52,904 nucleotides of DNA. It comes from a virus. Lineage: Duplodnaviria; Caudoviricetes. Positions within the stretch are counted from its first letter, which is position 1; the number at the start of each line of letters is the position of its first letter. Of the stretch, positions 43,877 to 52,750 are shown piece after piece. Under the pieces are notes generated by a model that was not told the DNA's origin, searched no databases, and saw only the letters and a program-made list of their open reading frames with translations. The stretch lies in the IMG/VR virus record IMGVR_UViG_3300025585_000055, positions 1 through 52,904 of that record, one strand, 5' to 3'. Both the position numbers and the translations under genes were made by a program.

Positions 43877-44884
43877 TTAGTCGTCCCACTCACCCAGCAA
43901 GTCGTCGAGCTCACCCGCGGGTTCGTCTTTTGGCACGGGCTTCTTGGAGCTGCGCACCACCGGCTCGTCGTCTTCCTCAACCACCGGAGCAGCTTTCTTC
44001 TTCGGTGCTGGCGCTTCGTCTTCATCTTCCTCGACTACCGGGGCAGGTTTCTTCTTGGCTTTCGGCGCAGGCGCTTCTTCATCGTCTTCAACTACCGGGG
44101 CAGCCTTTTTGGCCGCAGGCTTTGCGGAAGACCCGGAGGTTTTGTCGCCGTCAAACGCACCGACAGTCATCGTGATAGCGTCCTTGGCTTCCTTGGAGTC
44201 ACGCATCTCCAGCGCGATTTCGAGCTCTTCTTGATCCAACGGGCGCACCGCGCTGAAGGACAGCTTAGGCTGTTCGCTGGAAACATCGAACTTCATGCGG
44301 GTGACCACGGAAATAGCGTGCACAGAGTTTGCGGCCAAGAACTTGCCGTATGCCTGCAGGCCCATCTTGCCGTCCTTGCCGTCGCCGAACACGCTGGTGG
44401 CAGGGAGCTGCAGCTGGTACACCTCTTTCTTCTCAACTTCACCATCAAGCAGCACTGCAACGCGCTGGGAGAATCGGCACGCACGGGACTCGCCCTGACC
44501 GGAACCCTTGATATTGTTTGGGCAGGTCATGCACTTGTCGCTCTGGCGCTGGTCTTCCGGCACAGCTGCGTCTGGCTTCTGAGTATCAGAGGACCAGCAG
44601 GTGGGGGGAACAGCTTGTGCTTTGGGGTCGTACGCCCCTTCGTAGTATTGACGGGACACCGGCGCAGCGTTCACCAGAATTACATCCAGTGCGCGATCTT
44701 CACTGACGTAGACTTCTTCGCCGTTCACCACCTGACGAAACGCCTTACCCTTGATAGAGATTCGACGGTTACCCGCGCCGCCGCTGCCACCGCCTGCGAT
44801 GGTCTTAGTGATGCTGTCTTCAAAGCCTGCCGGCATGGCTGGCAGCTTGAATTTCTTGCCTTCAAACAATGTTACGTTGCTCAT
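43877..44884 (-). CDS. Putative ssDNA-binding/annealing protein
   Basis: Cys cluster (CWS...CMTCP...C), repetitive K/E/P/A linker and acidic-aromatic tail (LDDLLGEWDD); adjacent to the primase. Confidence 0.55.
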   Translation of the reverse strand: MSNVTLFEGKKFKLPAMPAGFEDSITKTIAGGGSGGAGNRRISIKGKAFRQVVNGEEVYVSEDRALDVILVNAAPVSRQYYEGAYDPKAQAVPPTCWSSDTQKPDAAVPEDQRQSDKCMTCPNNIKGSGQGESRACRFSQRVAVLLDGEVEKKEVYQLQLPATSVFGDGKDGKMGLQAYGKFLAANSVHAISVVTRMKFDVSSEQPKLSFSAVRPLDQEELEIALEMRDSKEAKDAITMTVGAFDGDKTSGSSAKPAAKKAAPVVEDDEEAPAPKAKKKPAPVVEEDEDEAPAPKKKAAPVVEEDDEPVVRSSKKPVPKDEPAGELDDLLGEWDD

Positions 44885-44911
44885 ACTATCCTCTGCGTTT
44901 TGGTTTGGTTG

Positions 44912-45139
44912 TTACAAGTCGAGTTCAAGTTGTTTGCGCCCTTCGGCATTGTCGGCGCTAAGGTGGTCGCGTACCTTATCATAGTCAAACCGGTATGTGG
45001 TTCGATTGTCGCCGGGAACAGCAATGTACGAACTCTTTGGTATGACACCGCTTTCCATCCAGTTTCTTATGGTAACCGTGGAAACTTGCAGGCGTTCCGC
45101 CAGCTCGCCGATCCTGATAAGGTTGTTGCTATTCATCAC
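44912..45139 (-). CDS. MerR/Xis-like helix-turn-helix protein
   Basis: IGELAERLQVSTVTIRNWMESGVIP...YRF pattern. Confidence 0.8.
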   Translation of the reverse strand: MMNSNNLIRIGELAERLQVSTVTIRNWMESGVIPKSSYIAVPGDNRTTYRFDYDKVRDHLSADNAEGRKQLELDL

Positions 45140-45552
45140 TTTCTCCGAATGCTAATCTGGTATTTCGTTTCGGTGTTGAGGCCGGGCGGCAACACGTCGG
45201 GGTTCTCTTCCAAGAACTGTTTCATGTTGCCTTGGTGCAGGCGCTTCTCAAGCAAGTCTGGAACTTGGTGCTCAAGCACGAAAGCGTGCATCGACGCCCA
45301 GTCATTCGTCCAGTAGTTTGTTGAGGTGGTGCGGTAGAACAGGCCAGACTTGGTGCGTGCGCCTTCCACACCGTGCTCCTTGCAGTACTCCAGCAACGCG
45401 TTTTTTACCAGCGCCATTTGATCTGCAAGTTCTTTGGTTTGGTCTTTATACGCGGCGGTCAGCTCGTCGTTCTTCTCTTTCATTTTGAGATAGACCCGAA
45501 CCAGTTTGGTCAGCTTTGGGTCTTCAGTCTCAACGGTTTTTTCGGCAGACAT
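45136..45552 (-). CDS. Conserved replication-module hypothetical protein (138 aa)
   Basis: GGAGG RBS; coiled-coil N-terminus; LPPGL C-terminal motif. Confidence 0.75.
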   Translation of the reverse strand: MSAEKTVETEDPKLTKLVRVYLKMKEKNDELTAAYKDQTKELADQMALVKNALLEYCKEHGVEGARTKSGLFYRTTSTNYWTNDWASMHAFVLEHQVPDLLEKRLHQGNMKQFLEENPDVLPPGLNTETKYQISIRRK

Positions 45553-45582
45553 CTCGGCCTCCAGTGGTTGTTTGTGCTACCC

Positions 45583-45611
45583 ACTGTACTACCCTTATTT
45601 TTACTACGCAA
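45583..45611 (-). promoter_or_regulatory. Putative sigma70 promoter TTGCGT-N17-TACAGT
   Basis: AT-rich intergenic gap with a 17 bp spacer, upstream of 45136..45552. Confidence 0.45.
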
Positions 45612-47142
45612 GCACTTTTTTATATAAATTGATCATTTCTGAGTGGACGCTGACTTTGTTTTCCAGCATAGAAAACACATGAACTTCCGCCCCCGACCCT
45701 TGCAGATGCACCACGGTGCACTTGTTCTTTTGTCCTGAGCGATGCACCCGAGCGTTGGCCTGTTCGTATATTTCCACGGATGAAGTGGGGCCCCACCATA
45801 CAACTGTGTCCGCCGCCGTGAGCGTCACCCCGTGCGCCGCAGCTTGCGGCTGTATCACGAGAACTCGGGGGCTGTCCGTGGTCTGAAAGCGTTGAAAGAT
45901 GTCCGTGCGTTTGGCAGGGCTTACGCCCCCATTGATGATCTCGGTGCTGATACCGTCGCTGTTCAGCTGATTGGCGAGCACCTCGATGACGCTACGGAAA
46001 GGGGCAAAGATCAGCACCTTGTTCTCTGTCTCGGCAATCACCTCCATCAGCACGTTGTATCGACTGGTGATGTCGAACTCCACCGTCTCACCGTCTTCGC
46101 TGTACACCGCTCCGGCCGAAATCTGGAGGAGTTTTCCCAGCTTTACCGCTGCGTTAGCGGCTGTCACCTGCTCACCCGCTGCCTCGATAATCATCTTCTT
46201 TTTCATGATCTCGTAGTACTTGGTTTGCTGCGGTGTCAGTTCGACGCGCCGTTTGATTGTCACCATGTCGGGCAAGTCCATGCACTCCGCTTTGGTAAAG
46301 CGTATTGCCGGCTGCAGTGCTTCATGCACAATCGTTTTGGCGTCCGGTCTGGGAACGTACTTAAACTGTGTCAGCTTGTACATCACGAGGTCGCGGAATC
46401 CGGTGAAATACTTCGGCACTCCGAGTGGGTTCACGAGTTTTGCCAGCCCGTAGGCATCCTCTGGAGACTGTGCTGCCGGGGTGCCTGTCATTAACCACAG
46501 CCATGTGTCCGGCCCGACCAACTGTCGCAGAGCTTTCCAGCGTTTTGTTTGCACGTTCTTGAGGTACGTGGCCTCGTCACAGATGATAAGGTCGAATCGG
46601 CCGTACTTGAGGTCGTCAAGTGAGTTCACCACGGTGTCGTAATTTGTGATAACAAACTCAGCATCGCTCTCTATCACGGCTTTACGCTTTGCTGCGCTGC
46701 CATGGGCAATATCCACCTTACGGTGCATGATGGTCTTGAAGAAGTCTGATCGCCACGCAACGTCCATAATGGACAGCGGGCACACCACCAGCACGCGCTG
46801 GATGATCCCTGCGGTAATCAGATAGTCGGCCGCCCACGCAGCAGCTGCGGTCTTCCCGCTGCCTTGCTGGTTGAAGCAGAAGGCTCGGCGGTGCAGGGTC
46901 AGAAACTCAGCCGTAGTGCGCTGGTGAGCAAACGGGGTGTAAAGCCCGGGCCAGTTGTAAGAGCGGTTGATGGGCGAGGGGACTTTCTTGACGCCGATGT
47001 TCTTCAACACCTGCATCTCTTCGAGCCCCCAGTTTACTGCGACGCGCCCGTCTGGCAGCTGCTTGCTCTTGGGGATAGTGTTGAGTATCTGCTGCGGGTT
47101 GCGCACGCGCAGCAGCACGGCCTTGTTGTCGTAAATCTGCAT
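45604..47142 (-). CDS. SNF2-family helicase
   Basis: QGSGKT, VLVVCP, IICDEAT, MTGTP, HGVTLTAA and QANARVHRSGQ motifs. Confidence 0.9.
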   Translation of the reverse strand: MQIYDNKAVLLRVRNPQQILNTIPKSKQLPDGRVAVNWGLEEMQVLKNIGVKKVPSPINRSYNWPGLYTPFAHQRTTAEFLTLHRRAFCFNQQGSGKTAAAAWAADYLITAGIIQRVLVVCPLSIMDVAWRSDFFKTIMHRKVDIAHGSAAKRKAVIESDAEFVITNYDTVVNSLDDLKYGRFDLIICDEATYLKNVQTKRWKALRQLVGPDTWLWLMTGTPAAQSPEDAYGLAKLVNPLGVPKYFTGFRDLVMYKLTQFKYVPRPDAKTIVHEALQPAIRFTKAECMDLPDMVTIKRRVELTPQQTKYYEIMKKKMIIEAAGEQVTAANAAVKLGKLLQISAGAVYSEDGETVEFDITSRYNVLMEVIAETENKVLIFAPFRSVIEVLANQLNSDGISTEIINGGVSPAKRTDIFQRFQTTDSPRVLVIQPQAAAHGVTLTAADTVVWWGPTSSVEIYEQANARVHRSGQKNKCTVVHLQGSGAEVHVFSMLENKVSVHSEMINLYKKVLA

Positions 47143-47150
47143 TGTGACCC

Positions 47151-47432
47151 TTACTTCTTTTTCGGTTTGTGGCCGTTTCGGCTGCGGTTCTTGCTGGGGG
47201 ACTCCAGCTTGTACCCGTCGGCGTTAGTGCCGCCGTTCTTCATCATCTTGTTGTGGGACACATCCTTGCCCTCACGCCGGTCGGCGATGCCGTTGTCATT
47301 TCGATCAACACCGGTCTTGTCAATCGCACGTCGAGCCCGCTGGCGCTCCATGCGGTCTTCGTGTTCACCACGGGCCTTGGCGGTCTTGGCTTCTTGCTTG
47401 TAGTCACGCACGTAGTTCTTTGAACTTGGCAT
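47151..47432 (-). CDS. Small basic protein, HNH-like (GKDVSH...GGTN...NRSRN)
   Basis: GGAGG RBS at ATG 47432; minimal HNH-like pattern. Confidence 0.55.
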   Translation of the reverse strand: MPSSKNYVRDYKQEAKTAKARGEHEDRMERQRARRAIDKTGVDRNDNGIADRREGKDVSHNKMMKNGGTNADGYKLESPSKNRSRNGHKPKKK

Positions 47433-48100
47433 TACATGTTCCTCCCGTTGTGCGGGCAGCTCAGTACTACGCAGTACTTTTTGCATAGCCCTGATGTCTT
47501 GGGGTTCCACACCCCGGTGTCAATCGCGGTCAGTATCCGGCCGTACCGCTTGAGCCACTTGGCCCAAAGTCCCGGTGCTTCGTCACGCTTGTACTCACGG
47601 CGTATAAACGCTTTCGCTATCACAAAGAACAGCGCCGCATCGACTTCCTGCACCTGCGGGAAGTGCTTGAACGTCGCCAGTGCCATCAGCTCCAGCTGGT
47701 CTGTGTCTGCGTACTTGGCGCTCTTGCCGGCCTTGTAGTCGAGCACTTTTGCCTTTGTCCCATCGATGATACTGAGGTCGGCGATGCCACGCCACCACAC
47801 TTTCGGGTCGTCGATTGCGCACGCTTCGAGGTCTTCGGTCAGGCCCATCTCGTACTCGCAGTACTTCTTCCCGGGGAGTGCCTTGAGTTTGTCTAGTGCC
47901 TTTTTGGCGAATCCGAACTGTTTGGGCAGCTCTGCCTTCTCCGACACATAGAACTCGGCGGCCTCATGGAACTGCTCACCGTACAGCGCAGCGTCGTTCT
48001 GCTCGTCCTTGAAGTCCTTCTTGATCTTGAGGTGGTAGTACTTCCTCGGGCACTGTTCAAACAGCTTGATGGCACTGAACGACCACGTTGGTTTCTTCAT
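47432..48100 (-). CDS. PD-(D/E)xK (RecB/Cas4-like) exonuclease
   Basis: SFS...CPRKYY, G..FH, RGIADL, LDYKAGK, QLELM and terminal C..C..CP. Confidence 0.88.
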   Translation of the reverse strand: MKKPTWSFSAIKLFEQCPRKYYHLKIKKDFKDEQNDAALYGEQFHEAAEFYVSEKAELPKQFGFAKKALDKLKALPGKKYCEYEMGLTEDLEACAIDDPKVWWRGIADLSIIDGTKAKVLDYKAGKSAKYADTDQLELMALATFKHFPQVQEVDAALFFVIAKAFIRREYKRDEAPGLWAKWLKRYGRILTAIDTGVWNPKTSGLCKKYCVVLSCPHNGRNM

Positions 48101-49989
48101 ACCCACACCCATTTACCTTCGTCGTTTTCTTCGATTTTTCCGGTCACCACCAGCTCGTTCCACGCTTTGGAATTCTTGCGCGGAATCTTGGGCAACTCAG
48201 GTCTCGGCACAGCGCCGATGTCCATCAGAATCTCTACACACTCTTTGGCGTACCACTTGTAATCAATGTCTGTTGGGAAGTCATCCAACAAGTCCATCAG
48301 CGGCTTGGCCCCGCGAGAGCGTGGCACTTTGTTCCCGTTGGTGCGGTAGGTGATCACCCCGTCCTCGCCCTTGGCGTAGTACCAGCGCACGACTTTACCC
48401 AACTGATAGCCGGGCTTCTCGGCACCGCCGTTCACGGTACGCAGGGTCAAAAATTTACGGATGTCACGGCACCCGAGAAGGGTCTCTTTGATAGACTTCC
48501 CAGAGGTCAACCGCTCAATCACTGCGAACGAACATATCTCATTCTGAGGGTTCTTGGCTATACCCGGTCGGCTGTGGTGGCTCTCGACGTATACGCCCTT
48601 TGCCTTCACTTTGCCGTCCTCCTTGATGGCGATGTAGTTGTTCACATCGCGGGAGTAGAGCGCCTTGTATCGGGTTTCCTCCGTGGTGAGGTTGGTGACC
48701 TTCTCCCACTTGGCAATGATCTTTTCCAGCAACCCCAGCTTGTCACGCGGGCACTTCATCACCACGCCGTCGGTGTTCGCCGACACCACTGGGATCGCGC
48801 ACAGCTCCAACATCTCAATCAGCATCAGAAGCGACAACTGGCCCGTCAGAGTTGTGCGTATCATCATCCTTGGGTTGTACAACAAGCTGTACTTGTTCGA
48901 GGTTTTGCCGAACGTGCCGTTGAGAACGATCTTGAGGGCGTCGGCAGTGACGGAATCCTTGTTCGCTTTTGCCTCCACGCGGCGCTCCAGAATACCCCGG
49001 TACACTGGTTCAAAGTACTTACCAAAAGACGGCGGGGACATCCCCATGTTGAGCATGAGGTTGGGGTAGTAAGAGGTCACGTCACGGTCTATCAGCACCA
49101 CATCATCGTCGCTGAAGTGTGCAACACTGGACTCTTGTGAGTGCAGCCCGCCGATACCTATCTTGTACTGATTGCCACCGATAGTGATCACCATCTTCTC
49201 GATCTGAGCCGGCATTTTGACGTGGCCTGTTTTCTGGATGACCATATCGGCAGAGCAGATAGTGTCGAAGCAATCCTTCAACTGCTGCGTCTGGAAGCGC
49301 ACGTACTCCGGCGGCTCGTACTTGAACGTGGTGTAGCGAATCTCGGTCTTGGGAGGGTCTTCTCCAACGAGGCGCGTGTACTCAGCCTTGAGCACGGCTT
49401 CTGCAATCTGCGCATCTGACTTGGATCGCAAGTCAACCCCGTACTGCTTACTCATAGCGCGGCGCAGGTCGATCTGCGGGGCCAGATATTCAGCCAATTC
49501 GGCCGTGACCTGTGTGTCGTTCTTGCAGTATTCCCGCACCTCGATCATCTGCTCTCGGGTCAGCTTCATGTCAGGGTTGTACGGCAGGTCTTGTAGCCGC
49601 TTCGTGCTCAGCCTGCCGCCGTAAATCTTCAAGCCAACCTGCCCAACTGCCACTTCAATGAGGTCGACGTGGTTGTACACGATCTCCTTCACCTCATACT
49701 TGCGGTAGAACTGCCACGGGCGCAGCTCGTTCAGGATGATGTCGTCTGACGCGTCCTTCAGTTCGTCGTTAGGTGCCCCTGCGAGGGCCAATCGGCACAT
49801 CAGAATGTCGTAGTTGTTGCCGTTGAATGACACCAGCTCCACACCTTCCGTCAGCATCAGGGCGAGCATTGCCTTCCTATCAAGAGGGTGCCCATCATAT
49901 TTCTCGAATGCCCGAAACTTTCCATCATCCCTGCGGAACATGGCAAGGAAGTAGTTTGGATAGCATTCAACGTCGACCACGATCTGCAT
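48097..49989 (-). CDS. Family B DNA polymerase with 3'-5' exonuclease
   Basis: Exo motifs DVE, FNGNNYD, YCKND; polymerase motifs DVTSYYP, KIVLNGTFGK, NTDG. Start set to ATG 49989. Confidence 0.88.
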   Translation of the reverse strand: MQIVVDVECYPNYFLAMFRRDDGKFRAFEKYDGHPLDRKAMLALMLTEGVELVSFNGNNYDILMCRLALAGAPNDELKDASDDIILNELRPWQFYRKYEVKEIVYNHVDLIEVAVGQVGLKIYGGRLSTKRLQDLPYNPDMKLTREQMIEVREYCKNDTQVTAELAEYLAPQIDLRRAMSKQYGVDLRSKSDAQIAEAVLKAEYTRLVGEDPPKTEIRYTTFKYEPPEYVRFQTQQLKDCFDTICSADMVIQKTGHVKMPAQIEKMVITIGGNQYKIGIGGLHSQESSVAHFSDDDVVLIDRDVTSYYPNLMLNMGMSPPSFGKYFEPVYRGILERRVEAKANKDSVTADALKIVLNGTFGKTSNKYSLLYNPRMMIRTTLTGQLSLLMLIEMLELCAIPVVSANTDGVVMKCPRDKLGLLEKIIAKWEKVTNLTTEETRYKALYSRDVNNYIAIKEDGKVKAKGVYVESHHSRPGIAKNPQNEICSFAVIERLTSGKSIKETLLGCRDIRKFLTLRTVNGGAEKPGYQLGKVVRWYYAKGEDGVITYRTNGNKVPRSRGAKPLMDLLDDFPTDIDYKWYAKECVEILMDIGAVPRPELPKIPRKNSKAWNELVVTGKIEENDEGKWVWV

Positions 49990-50525
49990 CACCACACCGC
50001 CCGCGCCTTGAACAGTTGCACCAGATGATTGGCCTGTGACTTGGCGTCGTCCAGCGCGTTGTGCGGGACGCCTTCCTGCGGTCGGATGCGGTCGTTGAGA
50101 AGATCGCACGTTGTGCGGTAGCAGCGGTTGTTCCAGAACTGCCAAGGTACCGGGAGCTTCAGCTTGTTGTAGGCGTGGGCCAGCATGGCGTTGTCAAAAT
50201 CGGAGCCGTTGCCCCACACGCACAGTTCCTTTGGCTCCGAGTAGGTGTTGAGAAATTCCGAGAAGTCCTGCAGCGCATCTTCCAGCGGGATATTGTTCAT
50301 GAACAACGCCTTGCGGGCCTCCTTGCTCTGCTTCATCCACCACATAAAGGTGCCGCCTGATACGGTCAGCCCGGCGTCGATGGCCGACTGCGCGTCGATT
50401 GTGCGGTAGAACTCTGGGCCTGTCCCACGCGGCGTAAACATCACTGCCCCAATGGACAGGATGACCCCTGTGCTCTTAGTGTCCAGCGTCTCCAAGTCGA
50501 GCATTACGTTAAATTTTTCGTTCAT
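49989..50525 (-). CDS. DEDDh 3'-5' exonuclease
   Basis: VMLDLETL, WGNGSDFDN and HNALDDA motifs. Confidence 0.88.
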   Translation of the reverse strand: MNEKFNVMLDLETLDTKSTGVILSIGAVMFTPRGTGPEFYRTIDAQSAIDAGLTVSGGTFMWWMKQSKEARKALFMNNIPLEDALQDFSEFLNTYSEPKELCVWGNGSDFDNAMLAHAYNKLKLPVPWQFWNNRCYRTTCDLLNDRIRPQEGVPHNALDDAKSQANHLVQLFKARAVW

Positions 50526-50722
50526 CCCTTATCTCCAAAGTTCTTTATTCTTTCCAATTTGCGCCGAGCCTCGTGGTCAGCGATAGCGCCGAGGGTGGTG
50601 ACCCCGGCAGGTACTTGCGTGATCTTCCCGCCTTTGGCGAGAAACTTCTTGATGGCTTCGTCCAACGCATTGCGATCAATGGTCTGTTTATCAACCAACT
50701 GTTCTTCAATGTCGTCGTTCAT
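50522..50722 (-). CDS. SutA-like RNA-polymerase-binding protein (66 aa)
   Basis: DRNALDEAIKKFLAKGGKITQV resembles the Pseudomonas SutA core, recalled as ERDAL...EEFL.RGGKVQEI. Confidence 0.6.
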   Translation of the reverse strand: MNDDIEEQLVDKQTIDRNALDEAIKKFLAKGGKITQVPAGVTTLGAIADHEARRKLERIKNFGDKG

Positions 50723-51141
50723 CTTCCAGTGCTCCCGAAACCGCCGGTGCCTCGTGTTGTCTCAGACAGCTCGTCCACTTCCTGCAGATCAAACAGCGGA
50801 GCCGGCACGACGACCAGCTGGCCGATGCGACTCCCACGGTGCACGTAGTGCCCGCCGACACTGGCAGAGTAGATCAGCGCCAGCATGATCTCTCCCCGGT
50901 AGTCGGAGTCGATGACGCCGACGGCATTGACCAACGACACCCCGGCTTTGCCGAGACTGGAGCGCACCGTCACCAGCCCCACGTAGCCCTCGGGAATCTC
51001 TACAGCAACCCCTGTGCCGACCATCGTCGTGGCGTAATTCACCAGCAGACACTCGGTGTCTGAGTACAGATCAAGCCCGGCCGCGCCGGGTGTCCCGCGT
51101 GTCGGCGTGGTCGCCGTGGGGGTGAGTTTCTTGAATCTCAT
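50719..51141 (-). CDS. dut: Trimeric dUTPase
   Basis: AGLDL, RSS, GVIDSDYRGEI, RIGQL and RGTGGFGSTG motifs. Confidence 0.95.
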   Translation of the reverse strand: MRFKKLTPTATTPTRGTPGAAGLDLYSDTECLLVNYATTMVGTGVAVEIPEGYVGLVTVRSSLGKAGVSLVNAVGVIDSDYRGEIMLALIYSASVGGHYVHRGSRIGQLVVVPAPLFDLQEVDELSETTRGTGGFGSTGR

Positions 51142-51551
51142 ACCCGCTCCTGTGCTGCGCTCTCTCCGGCCAAGGCAAAATATGCCGCGCCATCTTCGTA
51201 GGAATCGGCACGGTATCTGCCCGCCTGTGCGCGTACCATTTTCAGGCAGGCCATGAACAGCCAGCCTTGTTCTTCCGTCAGCCCATGCTCGGTCAACGTG
51301 TTGAACATGGCTACCGTCTTGCCCATGCTGCGCTCACCCTGCGGCTGGTCGTAGGTGACCGCACGATCTTTCAGATGCCCGGCAGCGGTCGTTAGTATTT
51401 CGTCAGCGGTGGGGGTTGTTATTTTCACCGTCGGAGCATCTCCCATGCAACCAACAGCCTGATACTCCGGCCAGTTACGGTTAGTGTTGTGCTCTTGGCA
51501 AAAGCCGCCGAATGGCGCGTCATTCAAGCAACCAAAAAGAATACATTTCAT
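51138..51551 (-). CDS. DUF6378-like all-alpha phage protein
   Basis: DRAVTYD...M..LKMVR...DSYEDGAAYFAL pattern. Confidence 0.6.
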   Translation of the reverse strand: MKCILFGCLNDAPFGGFCQEHNTNRNWPEYQAVGCMGDAPTVKITTPTADEILTTAAGHLKDRAVTYDQPQGERSMGKTVAMFNTLTEHGLTEEQGWLFMACLKMVRAQAGRYRADSYEDGAAYFALAGESAAQERV

Positions 51552-52027
51552 TTGCTTTTCTCCATCGCTGCTATCAGCGCGTCGGCGTGCTCAACGGCAC
51601 AGGTGTTGATCTTGGTCACCAGATCAAGGGGGCGGTTGGCGCCGTAGAATTCCGGGTTGCCTACCATCGCACAAGCAAGCCTTGCAATCAGTTCTTCGCG
51701 GATTGTCATCGTGGATGCCGGGCGATCCGGCACGGGGAAAGTATCCTCTGCCTCGGGTATCTCCACGCATCGGTAGATGTGGGCCTCGCCGCGCCCGCCT
51801 GCTGGACGGGTAATTTCCACGCGCTTGAAGTTTCGCATCTCGATTATGGCGTCGTCCACTGCAGCACGGCGGGACTTGGTTTGCAGCTTGGACAGCACCC
51901 CTCCCTGCTCCAGTGCGAGACGCACCACATCCGCGCGAGTGAAATCGTCGGTGCCGATGATGTTGTAGATAATTCGTTCCACTTCGCCGCGTCGTGACCA
52001 CTTGGCGAACAAGTAATGCGCTGTCAT
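51548..52027 (-). CDS. Hypothetical protein (159 aa)
   Basis: AAGGAG RBS; ATGA overlaps on both sides. Confidence 0.7.
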   Translation of the reverse strand: MTAHYLFAKWSRRGEVERIIYNIIGTDDFTRADVVRLALEQGGVLSKLQTKSRRAAVDDAIIEMRNFKRVEITRPAGGRGEAHIYRCVEIPEAEDTFPVPDRPASTMTIREELIARLACAMVGNPEFYGANRPLDLVTKINTCAVEHADALIAAMEKSK

Positions 52028-52167
52028 GTGTTCTTCTCCTTGAGGGCCATTTCAATGTCCACCGCTACGCCGAAGACCCCTTCGTACAGCCTCGGGTCGG
52101 TGATCTTGATATTGTTCTTGATGATCTCTTCGACCTCTTCAAAGGTCAGTCCTATGAATTCGCTCAT
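52024..52167 (-). CDS. Small hypothetical protein (MSEFIGLTFEE...ALKEKNT, 47 aa)
   Basis: ATGA-coupled start at 52167. Confidence 0.7.
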   Translation of the reverse strand: MSEFIGLTFEEVEEIIKNNIKITDPRLYEGVFGVAVDIEMALKEKNT

Positions 52168-52412
52168 GTCGGCACCTTGTCGATGATGGCTTGTAGTTCG
52201 TGGTAGCACTGCACTGCTGAAGCGTGTTCTGGGTATGCAAGCTCTGTCCCTTCCATTGATTGAAACTCTCGTGAACAGCGCTCCAGCAACTCCACCGGCA
52301 CTATCCTGTGGGTGGCGGGGATGGCGTAGAGTTTTGTTCCGTCAGGAAGATGAATCGGTGCGACCCCGAATTCGTGCTTTATCACTGCCACCGGCTTGAT
52401 TTCTTCGCTCAT
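52164..52412 (-). CDS. Hypothetical protein (82 aa)
   Basis: AAGGAG RBS; coupled start. Confidence 0.7.
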   Translation of the reverse strand: MSEEIKPVAVIKHEFGVAPIHLPDGTKLYAIPATHRIVPVELLERCSREFQSMEGTELAYPEHASAVQCYHELQAIIDKVPT

Positions 52413-52750
52413 GTTGGCTCCTTTTCTGCGTGAACTCTATCCGGCCTCCCGCCGCACCACGGGCAGTAGTTGGTTATCAGCCCATAGTCTCGGGCTTCGT
52501 TTGGCGTCCCGTTCCAACGTGCTGAATCATCCTCGAATCTCAGGTTTGCAACATCCATCAGCTCATACAGCAAACCATACATCTGCATGTCTCTGGCGCG
52601 ACTTACTCTAGGGTGGCTGTCTCTTGGAATATATCGCCCTATTGCATCCAGCATCCACGCAACTTGGTCGCAGCTGATCGGCCTTGCATTATGTCTCTTT
52701 GCTCGTGATTGATCGCATTCTTGCGTGGAACATTTTCCGCCCATTTTCAA
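52409..52750 (-). CDS. Hypothetical protein with C-terminal NYCPWCG (about 111 aa)
   Basis: GGAGG RBS; start is TTG 52750 or ATG 52744. Confidence 0.6.
   Translation of the reverse strand: MKMGGKCSTQECDQSRAKRHNARPISCDQVAWMLDAIGRYIPRDSHPRVSRARDMQMYGLLYELMDVANLRFEDDSARWNGTPNEARDYGLITNYCPWCGGRPDRVHAEKEPT

Noticed and set aside
43871-45316. 481-aa plus-strand ORF spanning three minus-strand genes
   Set aside because: Antisense shadow in GC-rich coding DNA; weak start and no domain signal. The same applies to 17041..17994, 34999..36123 and 48088..49140.
46572-46590. DEAT instead of DEAH in the SNF2 helicase as a sign of inactivation
   Set aside because: The catalytic DE and the other motifs are intact; the fourth position often varies in phage SNF2 proteins.
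51051-51066. ACTCGGTGTCTGAGTA as an additional palindrome copy
   Set aside because: Different spacing and core, inside dut; likely chance.
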